Origin: Terriglobales bacterium
GTDB taxonomy: Bacteria > Acidobacteriota > Terriglobia > Terriglobales > Acidobacteriaceae
Direction: 5' to 3'
NCBI GenBank assembly: GCA_038230455.1
Contig: JBBRNF010000007.1
Location: 160,293-224,292 of the forward strand
Length of the DNA stretch: 64,000 nucleotides
The first letter of the stretch is position 1. Every line of letters starts with the position of its first letter. A model generated the notes under the pieces. It did not search any database. It was given only the letters and a program-made list of their open reading frames with translations, and was not told the origin of the DNA. This document shows, one piece after another, positions 56,787 to 64,000 of this stretch. The position numbers were made by a program, and so were the translations under genes.

Positions 56787-58139
56787 ATGTCGACCTCCCC
56801 TAAACCCGAACCGGCCCAACCCGAACCGGCCCAACCCGATCTGTTCGGCTTCCTGCATATCGACCTCAACAGCTTCTTCGCATCGGTAGAACAGGAACTT
56901 CACCCCGAATACCGGGGCCGTCCTACGGCCGTCGTCGGCACCATGGCCGACACCGGCACCATCATCGCCGCCAGCTACGAGGCCAAGGCCCTCAAGATCA
57001 AGACCGGCACTAAGGTGGGTGAGGCGAGAGCCATCTGCCCGGACATCATCCTCGTCGACGGCTCGCACACCGTCTACTCCGAATACTCCCACCGCATTGC
57101 AGAGGCTGTGGATCGCTGCTGCCCGGTGGCGCACACGCCTTCGATCGACGAGATGGTGTGTCAGCTTATCGGCCGCGAGCAGAAGCCGCCCAACGCCCGT
57201 CGCATCGCGCTTGAAATCAAGCAGGCCATCAAGGACGACGTTGGCAGCACGCTGAACTGCTCCATCGGCATGGCGCCCAACCGCTATCTGGCCAAGATCG
57301 CCTCTGACATGCAGAAGCCCGACGGGCTGATCGGGCTGCTGCCTTCGCAGCTGCCGCGCGCTATCGCGCATCTCGAACTCCGCGACCTTCCGGGCGTCGG
57401 CGCGAAGACGGAAGTCCGCCTCAACGCCAAAGGCATCCGTACCATCCCGGAGCTGCTGGCGCTCGATCGCAACGGAATGCATGCGCTGTGGGACTCCGTC
57501 TGGGGCGACCGCCTGTTCCACTGGCTGCGCGGCGCCGCGACCGGGGACGACGGTGCACCCGTCGCCTCCGACCTCCAAAAGTCGCTCGGCCACTCGCATG
57601 TGCTTGGTCCTGAGCACCGCTCGCAGGAAGGCGCCTGGGCCGTCGCGCACAAGCTCCTGCATAAGGCGGGCATGCGTCTCCGCATGGAAAAGTTCCACAC
57701 CAGTTCGCTCTCAGTGACAATCAAGTTTCAACTCTCGCGCGACCAGGCAGGGCGTGCCAGCAAACTGCGTCAACATACCAGCGGCATCCAACATGCGGCC
57801 TGGGGCATGGAAGCGCGCTTTCGCCACTGTAACGACACACTTTCGCTGCTCGAGGCGCTGCAGGGCATCTGGAAGCAGCGTCCCACCGGCCCCGACCAGC
57901 AGAAGCCGTTCTTCGTCGGCGTCACCCTCCGCAATCTGCTGCCCGACGCCGAAGTCCCGCACATGCTCTTCGAAGAGCCCGGCCACCGCGCCGAACTCTC
58001 CGCCACCATGGACAAGCTGAACCTCAAGTACGGCCACACCACGCTGCACTTCGCCGGCATGCTCCCCGCCCGCGACTCCGCCCCCACCCGCATTGCCTTC
58101 ACGCAAATTCCAGTACAGTACGGAGCGGACTGGATGTAG
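56787..58139 (+). CDS. Y-family DNA polymerase (DinB/UmuC-like)
   Basis: FLHIDLNSFFASVEQ (motif I), ASYEAKALKIKTG, PSIDEMV (catalytic D-E), and LRDLPGVGAKT (HhH of the thumb). Confidence 0.8.
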   Translation: MSTSPKPEPAQPEPAQPDLFGFLHIDLNSFFASVEQELHPEYRGRPTAVVGTMADTGTIIAASYEAKALKIKTGTKVGEARAICPDIILVDGSHTVYSEYSHRIAEAVDRCCPVAHTPSIDEMVCQLIGREQKPPNARRIALEIKQAIKDDVGSTLNCSIGMAPNRYLAKIASDMQKPDGLIGLLPSQLPRAIAHLELRDLPGVGAKTEVRLNAKGIRTIPELLALDRNGMHALWDSVWGDRLFHWLRGAATGDDGAPVASDLQKSLGHSHVLGPEHRSQEGAWAVAHKLLHKAGMRLRMEKFHTSSLSVTIKFQLSRDQAGRASKLRQHTSGIQHAAWGMEARFRHCNDTLSLLEALQGIWKQRPTGPDQQKPFFVGVTLRNLLPDAEVPHMLFEEPGHRAELSATMDKLNLKYGHTTLHFAGMLPARDSAPTRIAFTQIPVQYGADWM

Positions 58140-58148
58140 GCTCAGACC

Positions 58149-58427
58149 ATGCCCCCGCCAGCGAACACAGTGAACCGCCGCCGCCTGCTGTGGCTCGTCT
58201 TCGGCCTTGGCTTCGCGGGCTCACTGCTGGGCCTGCTCGTCCTCTTCAACCCGACGCTCGAGTTCTACGCCATCGATCTGATCGAAATGCTGCATCTGTC
58301 CATCGGTGTATTCGGCAACATCGCGCTGCTGGCCGAAGTCGGGTTGCTACTCATCTCTAGCATCGGTCTGGTCACCATGACCATTCAACATCTGTTCCGA
58401 CGCAGGGTTAGAACATCAGCTCCATAA
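58149..58427 (+). CDS. Small hypothetical membrane protein (3 predicted TM segments)
   Basis: It starts 10 nt after the polymerase stop and has hydrophobic helices LLWLVFGLGFAGSLLGLLVLF, SIGVFGNIALLAEVGLLLISSIGLV. No family is recognised. Confidence 0.45.
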   Translation: MPPPANTVNRRRLLWLVFGLGFAGSLLGLLVLFNPTLEFYAIDLIEMLHLSIGVFGNIALLAEVGLLLISSIGLVTMTIQHLFRRRVRTSAP

Positions 58428-58875
58428 AAACGTTTGCGCGATCGTACCGAGACTTTCTGTCCGGCAGGCGTTGAAATCCCGCGCGCTCATACAGGCTGAT
58501 CGCTGGCACCAGCCTGGCGTTGGTCTCGAGATAAAGCCGTTTGGCGCCCATCTTTCGCGCCGCTTCGACCGTATGCTGCAGCACTCGCCGCCCCACACCC
58601 GCGCCCTGCGCCGACTCCGTCACGGCCATCTTGGCCACCTCGAACTCTCCCGGACCCAGGACCACGAGCGCGCAGCAGCCCACCACCGTGCCCCCGTGCA
58701 GCGCAAAGAAGATGCGCCCACCTTTGTCGAGAATCTTGTGCTGGGGATCGGAGAAAGTGTTTAAGTCGCTGGGCTCAAGCGTGAAATAGCGCACGATCCA
58801 TTCCGCGTTCAAGCGCCGGAACACAGCTTCATCGCCGGGCTCGAACTCACGAATCTGCAACTCCGCAGCCGCCAT
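58408..58875 (-). CDS. GNAT family N-acetyltransferase
   Basis: From the internal ATG at 58875: IREFEPGDEAVFRRLN...VVGCCALV...VTESAQGAGVGRRVLQ (Q/RxxGxG/A acetyl-CoA motif)...YERAGF. Confidence 0.8.
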   Translation of the reverse strand: MAAAELQIREFEPGDEAVFRRLNAEWIVRYFTLEPSDLNTFSDPQHKILDKGGRIFFALHGGTVVGCCALVVLGPGEFEVAKMAVTESAQGAGVGRRVLQHTVEAARKMGAKRLYLETNARLVPAISLYERAGFQRLPDRKSRYDRANVFMELMF

Positions 58876-59000
58876 GGAGGAACCTCTTGCAGTCAGTATG
58901 ACAAACGTCACCGCGCTTTGCTGACGACCCGCACTGCGTTCTCGCCTGCGCTCCGCGCACACTAGCTCTTGTCAGGTACAGCATTCGAAGGAGCCCGAAC

Positions 59001-59981
59001 ATGAGCGCAGTGATGGAAGTGGTCACACCCACCGCAGCAACCGGCACCAGCCAGCCCAGCGAGGTCGTCGCTTCGCTCACTGGCATCACCAAGCGATACT
59101 CAAACGGCGTTGTCGCGCTCGATGGCCTCTCGCTCGAGCTCAGGCGTGGAGAGATCGTCGCGTTACTCGGCCCCAATGGCGCAGGCAAATCGACGGCCGT
59201 CAAGCTCATGCTTGGCCTCTCCGCCCCCACTTCCGGCACCGTTCGCATCTTCGGCGCCGACCCTCGCGACCCCGCCGCCCGCGTACGGACAGGAGCCATG
59301 CTGCAAGTTGGCCGGGCGCCGGAAATGCTCCGCGTCCGTGAGCACATCGCCATGTTTCGCGCCTACTATCCGCACCCCATGCCGTATGCCGAAATCGTAA
59401 AGGCTGCGGGACTTGAGGGCATTGAAAACCGCCTGTTCGCCCAGCTTTCCGGCGGTCAGAAGCAGCGCACGTTCTTCGGCCTCGCGCTCGCCGGCAACCC
59501 CGACATCATCTTCCTCGACGAGCCCACCGTAGGCCTCGACATTGAAGCACGCCGCGGTCTCTGGGCGCAGATCCGCACCCTCGCTGCAGCAGGTAAGACC
59601 GTTCTGCTGACGACACACTATCTCGAAGAAGCCGACGCCCTCGCGCACCGAATCATCGTTGTGAACAACGGCCGCGTCATCTGCGAAGGCACGCCGGCAG
59701 AAGTGAAGTCGATGGGCGCAACCGGCTCTGTCCAACCCGGAAGCACGGCTGCCATCCCCCGCACGATTCGTTGCGTCACCGCTCTCGCGGTCGAAACCCT
59801 TCGGGGGCTCCCGGGAGTCTCCGAAGCCCACACCACACCCGGCGGCGCCACGATCATTACCAGCCGTCCCGAAGCTGCGCTGCGTGAGATGCTCGCCCTC
59901 GATCAAACCCTGCACTCGCTTGAAGTCGCCGCACCTGCGCTGGAAGATGCCTTTCTGGCACTGACCTCCAAATCTTCCTAG
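59001..59981 (+). CDS. ABC transporter ATP-binding protein (ABC-2/DrrA-like)
   Basis: Walker A GPNGAGKST, signature LSGGQKQR and Walker B IIFLDEPTVGLD, with a C-terminal extension. Confidence 0.9.
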   Translation: MSAVMEVVTPTAATGTSQPSEVVASLTGITKRYSNGVVALDGLSLELRRGEIVALLGPNGAGKSTAVKLMLGLSAPTSGTVRIFGADPRDPAARVRTGAMLQVGRAPEMLRVREHIAMFRAYYPHPMPYAEIVKAAGLEGIENRLFAQLSGGQKQRTFFGLALAGNPDIIFLDEPTVGLDIEARRGLWAQIRTLAAAGKTVLLTTHYLEEADALAHRIIVVNNGRVICEGTPAEVKSMGATGSVQPGSTAAIPRTIRCVTALAVETLRGLPGVSEAHTTPGGATIITSRPEAALREMLALDQTLHSLEVAAPALEDAFLALTSKSS

Positions 59982-60081
59982 TTTGGTTCGTCATCCCGAA
60001 CAGAATCCGCGCCCGCCCATTTTGGTTTTCATTCCCGCAGGGACCCTGCGTCTCTTCCACAAACGCCCAAGGAGATTCACC

Positions 60082-60882
60082 ATGTCCACCGCAACCCTTC
60101 CGCTCCCCTCCATAGGCCTGGCGCACACCTTCCGCGTCTTCGCCATCGAAACCCGTCACGAGTTCATCCGCGCCGTGCGTACCCGCACGTTCTCGCTCTC
60201 AGCGATCGGCTTCCCTGTCATGTTCTATGTCCTGTTCGGCATTGTGCTTAACCGCGGCAACATGGCCTCCGGAGTCTCCATAGCCAAGTACATGCTTGGC
60301 GGCTACGCCGTTTTCGGCATCGTCGGGGCGGCACTCTTCAATATCGGCATCGGCGTGGCAGCCGACCTCTCCGCCGGCTGGCTGGAGCTCAAACGAGCCA
60401 GCCCCATGCCGGCCGTCGCCTACCTCATGGCAAAATGCTGCACGGCGATGGCCTTCGGAGTCATCATCGTTACTCTGCTTTGCGGCCTGGGCATCACCAT
60501 GGGACATGTCCAGCTTTCCTTTTCCGAATACATGCGCATGATCGCCCTCACCCTGGCCGGGTCCATCCCCTTCGCCTGCATGGGCCTGGTGCTCGCCCTT
60601 ACGGTCCCGTTCAACTCCGCACCCGGCATCGCCAACCTCATCCTGATGCCCATGAGCTTCCTGAGCGGTCTGTGGATTCCGGTTCAAATGCTGCCGTCCG
60701 CACTGCGCACTATCGCTCCGGCGTTTCCCACCTACCACCTGGCTCAACTCATGCTGGGGACGTTCCAGGCGGCCCTTCCTGGCAGCATCGCCTGGCACCA
60801 CTGGGTGTATCTGGCCGGCTTCGCCTGCGTCATGCTCGCCATCGCCGCCTTCGCCTTCCGCCGCCGCGAGCAGAACAGCTAA
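60082..60882 (+). CDS. ABC-2 type transporter permease
   Basis: AAGGAG RBS before the ATG at 60082. Six hydrophobic segments, directly downstream of the ATPase. Confidence 0.75.
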   Translation: MSTATLPLPSIGLAHTFRVFAIETRHEFIRAVRTRTFSLSAIGFPVMFYVLFGIVLNRGNMASGVSIAKYMLGGYAVFGIVGAALFNIGIGVAADLSAGWLELKRASPMPAVAYLMAKCCTAMAFGVIIVTLLCGLGITMGHVQLSFSEYMRMIALTLAGSIPFACMGLVLALTVPFNSAPGIANLILMPMSFLSGLWIPVQMLPSALRTIAPAFPTYHLAQLMLGTFQAALPGSIAWHHWVYLAGFACVMLAIAAFAFRRREQNS

Positions 60883-60912
60883 AGCGCAGCGGCGTAAACT
60901 GCAGAGGATGTC

Positions 60913-62052
60913 ATGAAGAAGTCGATCGCCATCGCCGAGAGACATACTGCGGGCTCCACCACCGTGTGGCTCGCGTATACCCTCTTCCTTTTCATAGAGC
61001 CGCTCTTCTCTCCACGTCCTTTCATCTGGCCGCGTACCCTGGCCATCCTCGCAGTCTTCCTCTGGGTCTTCTTCACCTACCTTCGAACCACCAGCGAAAC
61101 CACGCGCCGCCTCATGATCGCCGCCACCTTCGCACTTGGCCTTATCGGCTTTCCGTGGAACTCCGGCGCGACCACCTTCTTCATCTATACTGCGGCTTTC
61201 CTTCCGTTCAGCATCCGTTCGGTTCCGTTGGTGCTGACGGGCTTTGTGGCGGAAGCCATCGGCATCGCCGCCGAATCCTGGTGGCTCCGGCCGCATAGCA
61301 ACTGGCCGAACGCCCTCTTTGCCATCTTCCTTCTCCTGGTCATCGGCGGAGGCAACATCTTCTTCGCGCAGCAGCGCCGCGCCGACTGCGCCCTCCGCGA
61401 GGCCCAGGCCGAGAACGTCACCCTCGCCGCCGTGGCGGAGCGAGAGCGCATCGCCCGTGACCTGCACGACGTGCTGGGCCACACCCTGTCCGTCATCGTT
61501 CTGAAAGCTGAACTTGCGGGCCGGCTGCTCACCTCGGAAACTGCCCGCGACCATCACCGCGCCGCCGCAGAAATCGCCGAAGTCGAAAGCACCGCTCGCT
61601 CCGCGCTCGCCGAGGTTCGCGAGGCCATCGGCGGATACCGGGCCCGCGGTCTCGTCGCCGAGATCGAAGCCGCCCGACGCACTCTCGACGCCGCCGGCGT
61701 CACCTTGTTTTGCGACGCCATGCCCTCCACGCACAGCGGCCTCGGTGCGAAGGAAGAAACAGTCCTCGCGCTCGCGCTGCGTGAAGCAGTCACCAACATC
61801 GTCCGCCACTCCAACGCCACACAATGCACGCTGCGCTTCCACATCGCAGACGGCCAGCACCGCCTCACCGTCGCTGACAACGGGAGACGTGCTGGAAGCC
61901 ACGCCGGAAACGTGCAGCCGCGCGAAGGCAACGGCCTGCGCGGAATGCGCGAGCGCGTCGAAGCCCTCGGCGGCCATCTCTCACTGGACTGCACCAGCGG
62001 CACCTGCCTCCTGATCGCCCTCCCCGTGCATATGCCGAGCCCCACCGCATGA
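60913..62052 (+). CDS. Sensor histidine kinase, HisKA_3 (DesK/NarX/LiaS-like) with polytopic N-terminal sensor
   Basis: About 5 N-terminal TM helices, H-box ERERIARDLHDVLGHTLS, and C-terminal HATPase (NIVRHSNA...GNGLRGMRERVEALGG). Confidence 0.9.
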   Translation: MKKSIAIAERHTAGSTTVWLAYTLFLFIEPLFSPRPFIWPRTLAILAVFLWVFFTYLRTTSETTRRLMIAATFALGLIGFPWNSGATTFFIYTAAFLPFSIRSVPLVLTGFVAEAIGIAAESWWLRPHSNWPNALFAIFLLLVIGGGNIFFAQQRRADCALREAQAENVTLAAVAERERIARDLHDVLGHTLSVIVLKAELAGRLLTSETARDHHRAAAEIAEVESTARSALAEVREAIGGYRARGLVAEIEAARRTLDAAGVTLFCDAMPSTHSGLGAKEETVLALALREAVTNIVRHSNATQCTLRFHIADGQHRLTVADNGRRAGSHAGNVQPREGNGLRGMRERVEALGGHLSLDCTSGTCLLIALPVHMPSPTA

Positions 62053-62681
62053 CGCCCTCCGCCGCCCCCGCTTCGCACATCCGCGTCCTGCTAGCCGAAG
62101 ATCAGACCATGCTGCGGGGGGCGCTCGCTGCCCTGCTCGAACTCGAACCGGACATCACCATCGTTGGACAGGCAGCCAACGGCCGCGAAGCTCTGCGTCT
62201 GGCTCGCTCGCTCACGCCCGCCGTCGTCGTCACCGATATAGAGATGCCCGAGATGACCGGCCTCGAACTTGCCTCCGCGCTCAAACAAGACGAGTCCAAA
62301 GCGCGCGTGGTCATCCTCACCACCTTCGCCCGCCCCGGCTACCTGCGCCGCGCACTCGACGCCGGCGCCCGAGGCTATCTGCTGAAAGAACGCCCCGCCT
62401 CCGAGCTTGCCGAAGCCATTCGGCGCGTCCACCAGGGCCTTCGCGCCGTGGATCCAGCCCTGGCAGCGGAAGCCTGGTCGGCCGACGAAGATCCCCTCTC
62501 GGACCGCGAGCGCGTCATCCTGCAGCGCGCCGGCGACGGCAGAACCTCCTCGGAGATCGCCGCCGAACTCCACCTATCCGAGGGCACCGTCCGCAACTAC
62601 CTCTCCGAAGCCATCGCCAAACTTGGCGCCGCCAACCGTGTCGATGCCGCCCGAATTGCAAGGACCAAGGGCTGGCTATGA
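62049..62681 (+). CDS. NarL/LuxR family response regulator
   Basis: Receiver domain (VLLAEDQTMLR...VVVTDIEMPEMTG...ILTTF) plus LuxR HTH (LSDRERVILQRAGDGRTSSEIAAELHLSEGTVRNYLSEAIAKLG). The start overlaps the kinase stop by 4 nt. Confidence 0.9.
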   Translation: MTPSAAPASHIRVLLAEDQTMLRGALAALLELEPDITIVGQAANGREALRLARSLTPAVVVTDIEMPEMTGLELASALKQDESKARVVILTTFARPGYLRRALDAGARGYLLKERPASELAEAIRRVHQGLRAVDPALAAEAWSADEDPLSDRERVILQRAGDGRTSSEIAAELHLSEGTVRNYLSEAIAKLGAANRVDAARIARTKGWL

Positions 62682-62770
62682 GGAGTTGTGCGTTGTCAGC
62701 TGTCAGTTGTACGTTAAAGTGCCGTCGCTCCTAAGTTTAGAACTGACAGCGTGCAACTCACATCGCCTCC

Positions 62771-63652
62771 ATGTCCTATACCGGCCGTCTCGCCCCCTCA
62801 CCCACCGGTCTTCTACATCTGGGCCACGCGCGAACGTTCTGCACGGCATATGACCGCGCATGTGCCGCCAACGGCAAGCTCTGGCTTCGTGATGACGACC
62901 TCGACCCTCAGCGCTCCGGGCCGGAGTTCGCCGCAGCCATACGCGAAGATCTCTCCTGGCTTGGTATTCAATGGCACGACGAAGTGAAGCAGAGCGACCG
63001 CCTTCCGCTCTACCAACGCGCCGCGGAAGAACTCCTTGCGGCCGGCCACATCTACCCCTGCCACTGCTCCCGCCGAGACCTGCAACGATCCATTCATGCC
63101 CCCCACGAAGACGATGACGAGCCCATCTACCCCGGCACTTGCCGTCCTCCCATCGAGCCGGGTGCTCGGCGTCGGGCACTTCGGAAGTGGGCTGCTCCTC
63201 CCCAGCCGTTGGCCGCACACACCAACTATCGCTTTCACGTTCCTGATCATCAGACCATTCGCTTCACCGACCTCCACGCCGGTCCGCAAGCGTTCCGCGC
63301 AGGCTGCGACGAGGCTGCCCAGTTCGGCGACTTCCTTGTCTGGCGTCGAGACGGTCTGCCCAGCTACCAGCTCGCCTGCGTCGTCGACGACGCCGCCATG
63401 GCCATCACGGAGGTCGTGCGCGGACGCGACCTGCTCAAGTCCACCGCGCGCCAGCTGCTCCTGCAACGCGCCCTCCATCTGCCCACCCCAGCCTTCTTCC
63501 ACACCGACCTTATGCTCGACGAACGCGGCATTCGCCTCGCCAAACGCCACGACGCACTCAGCCTCCGTACCCTTCGCGACGCCGGCGTCACACCCGGACA
63601 AGTCCGCGAGCGCCTGCAGCTTCTCCCCCGCACTCCCGTGATCCCTGGTTAA
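62771..63652 (+). CDS. gluQ: Glutamyl-Q tRNA(Asp) synthetase
   Basis: YTGRLAPSPTGLLHLGHARTF (HIGH-type motif). It is a truncated GluRS-like catalytic domain of ~290 aa without an anticodon-binding domain. Zn-site-like CHCSRRDL...YPGTC and VVRGRDLL are present. Confidence 0.85.
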   Translation: MSYTGRLAPSPTGLLHLGHARTFCTAYDRACAANGKLWLRDDDLDPQRSGPEFAAAIREDLSWLGIQWHDEVKQSDRLPLYQRAAEELLAAGHIYPCHCSRRDLQRSIHAPHEDDDEPIYPGTCRPPIEPGARRRALRKWAAPPQPLAAHTNYRFHVPDHQTIRFTDLHAGPQAFRAGCDEAAQFGDFLVWRRDGLPSYQLACVVDDAAMAITEVVRGRDLLKSTARQLLLQRALHLPTPAFFHTDLMLDERGIRLAKRHDALSLRTLRDAGVTPGQVRERLQLLPRTPVIPG

Positions 63653-63677
63653 GCATCCAAGCTATCTGCGAGGGCCC

Positions 63678-64000
63678 ATGAAACGTCTTTTACAAGTAAC
63701 ATGCCTCGGCGGAGCAGCGGTGCTTCTGATCGCCGGATGCAAGAAGACCGACGACAACGCGCTCAACTTCACCAGCGCCATCAACGCCTATTACTCCACC
63801 CACCCCGCCTGCCTGTGGGATCAGCCCCTCAAATTCCCCGTGCAGGTCACCACTTCCGACACCGCGAAGACGGCTGGGTATGACGCTCTCGTCGACCAGG
63901 GCCTGCTCGTGCGTACCACCGCCGAGAAGAAGGTCTTCATCATCGCCAGCAAGCAGGTCACCAACTACGACATCAGCGATCAGGGCCGCAGCGCCTGGAC
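63678..64000 (+). CDS. Lipoprotein, hypothetical (3' end outside window)
   Basis: Own translation: MKRLLQVTCLGGAAVLLIAGCKKTDDNALNFTSAINAYYSTHPACLW... with lipobox LIAGC. The frame is open to the window end and is not in the ORF track because no stop is reached. Confidence 0.6.
   Translation, partial: MKRLLQVTCLGGAAVLLIAGCKKTDDNALNFTSAINAYYSTHPACLWDQPLKFPVQVTTSDTAKTAGYDALVDQGLLVRTTAEKKVFIIASKQVTNYDISDQGRSAW

Noticed and set aside
56805-56834. Perfect 15-nt tandem duplication cccgaaccggcccaa x2
   Set aside because: It is in frame within the disordered N-terminus of the Y-family polymerase (PEPAQPEPAQ). It is most simply a slippage duplication without functional implication.
60199-61977. 592-aa minus-strand ORF spanning the ABC-2 permease and histidine kinase genes
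   Set aside because: It crosses two independently supported plus-strand genes. The product is Gly/Ala/Asp/Glu/Arg low complexity, so it is a GC-bias artefact.
62699-62750. 10-bp inverted repeat GCTGTCAGTT ... AACTGACAGC between the response regulator and gluQ
   Set aside because: The loop is ~32 nt and there is no U-tract, so it is not a convincing intrinsic terminator. It could be a protein-binding site, but there is no supporting evidence.

Overview
High-GC bacterial chromosomal window with about 55 protein genes, one tRNA and no rRNA, CRISPR array or intact IS element. The gene content suggests Acidobacteriota (Terriglobia-like), but this is inference only: Oar-type CarboxypepD_reg/TonB-dependent receptor, PEP-CTERM protein, many secreted glycoside hydrolases, HpnI-like glycosyltransferase. 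Most of the window is ordinary housekeeping or saprotrophic content. This includes a glycan-utilisation cluster (GH31, tannase/feruloyl esterase, GH51, GH27, LacI regulator), a CBM41-type pullulanase, pgsA-like and HpnI-like genes, an S9 peptidase, iscR-iscS and a prpBCD methylcitrate operon. It also includes two MacB-type permeases, an ATP-dependent DNA ligase, prfA, a Y-family polymerase, an ABC-2 transporter with HisKA_3 kinase and NarL regulator, and gluQ. The clearest accessory region lies directly at the 3' end of tRNA-Val(GAC), at about 22.0-25.8 kb. It carries two tightly packed, 5'-truncated RHS C-terminal toxin cassettes, each followed 7-9 nt later by a small candidate immunity gene. 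There is no full-length rhs gene, integrase or secretion gene nearby, and hand-counted GC is lower than in the flanks. Other items worth a second look: (1) a lower-GC 983-aa secreted metzincin with DUF11-type repeats, next to a remnant of a flavoprotein disulfide reductase gene; (2) a CxxCH + PHM/DBH-like copper-ligand pattern + TPR fusion coupled to a thioredoxin-fold gene; (3) an AI-2E transporter-GAF fusion; (4) an orphan LysW-like carrier protein coupled to a secreted CarboxypepD_reg protein; (5) several small repeat or structure motifs (11-bp duplication at the prpB start, 3x16-bp repeat upstream of prfA, a G-quadruplex-type tract). All family assignments come from reading motifs in the translations. 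No searches were run.
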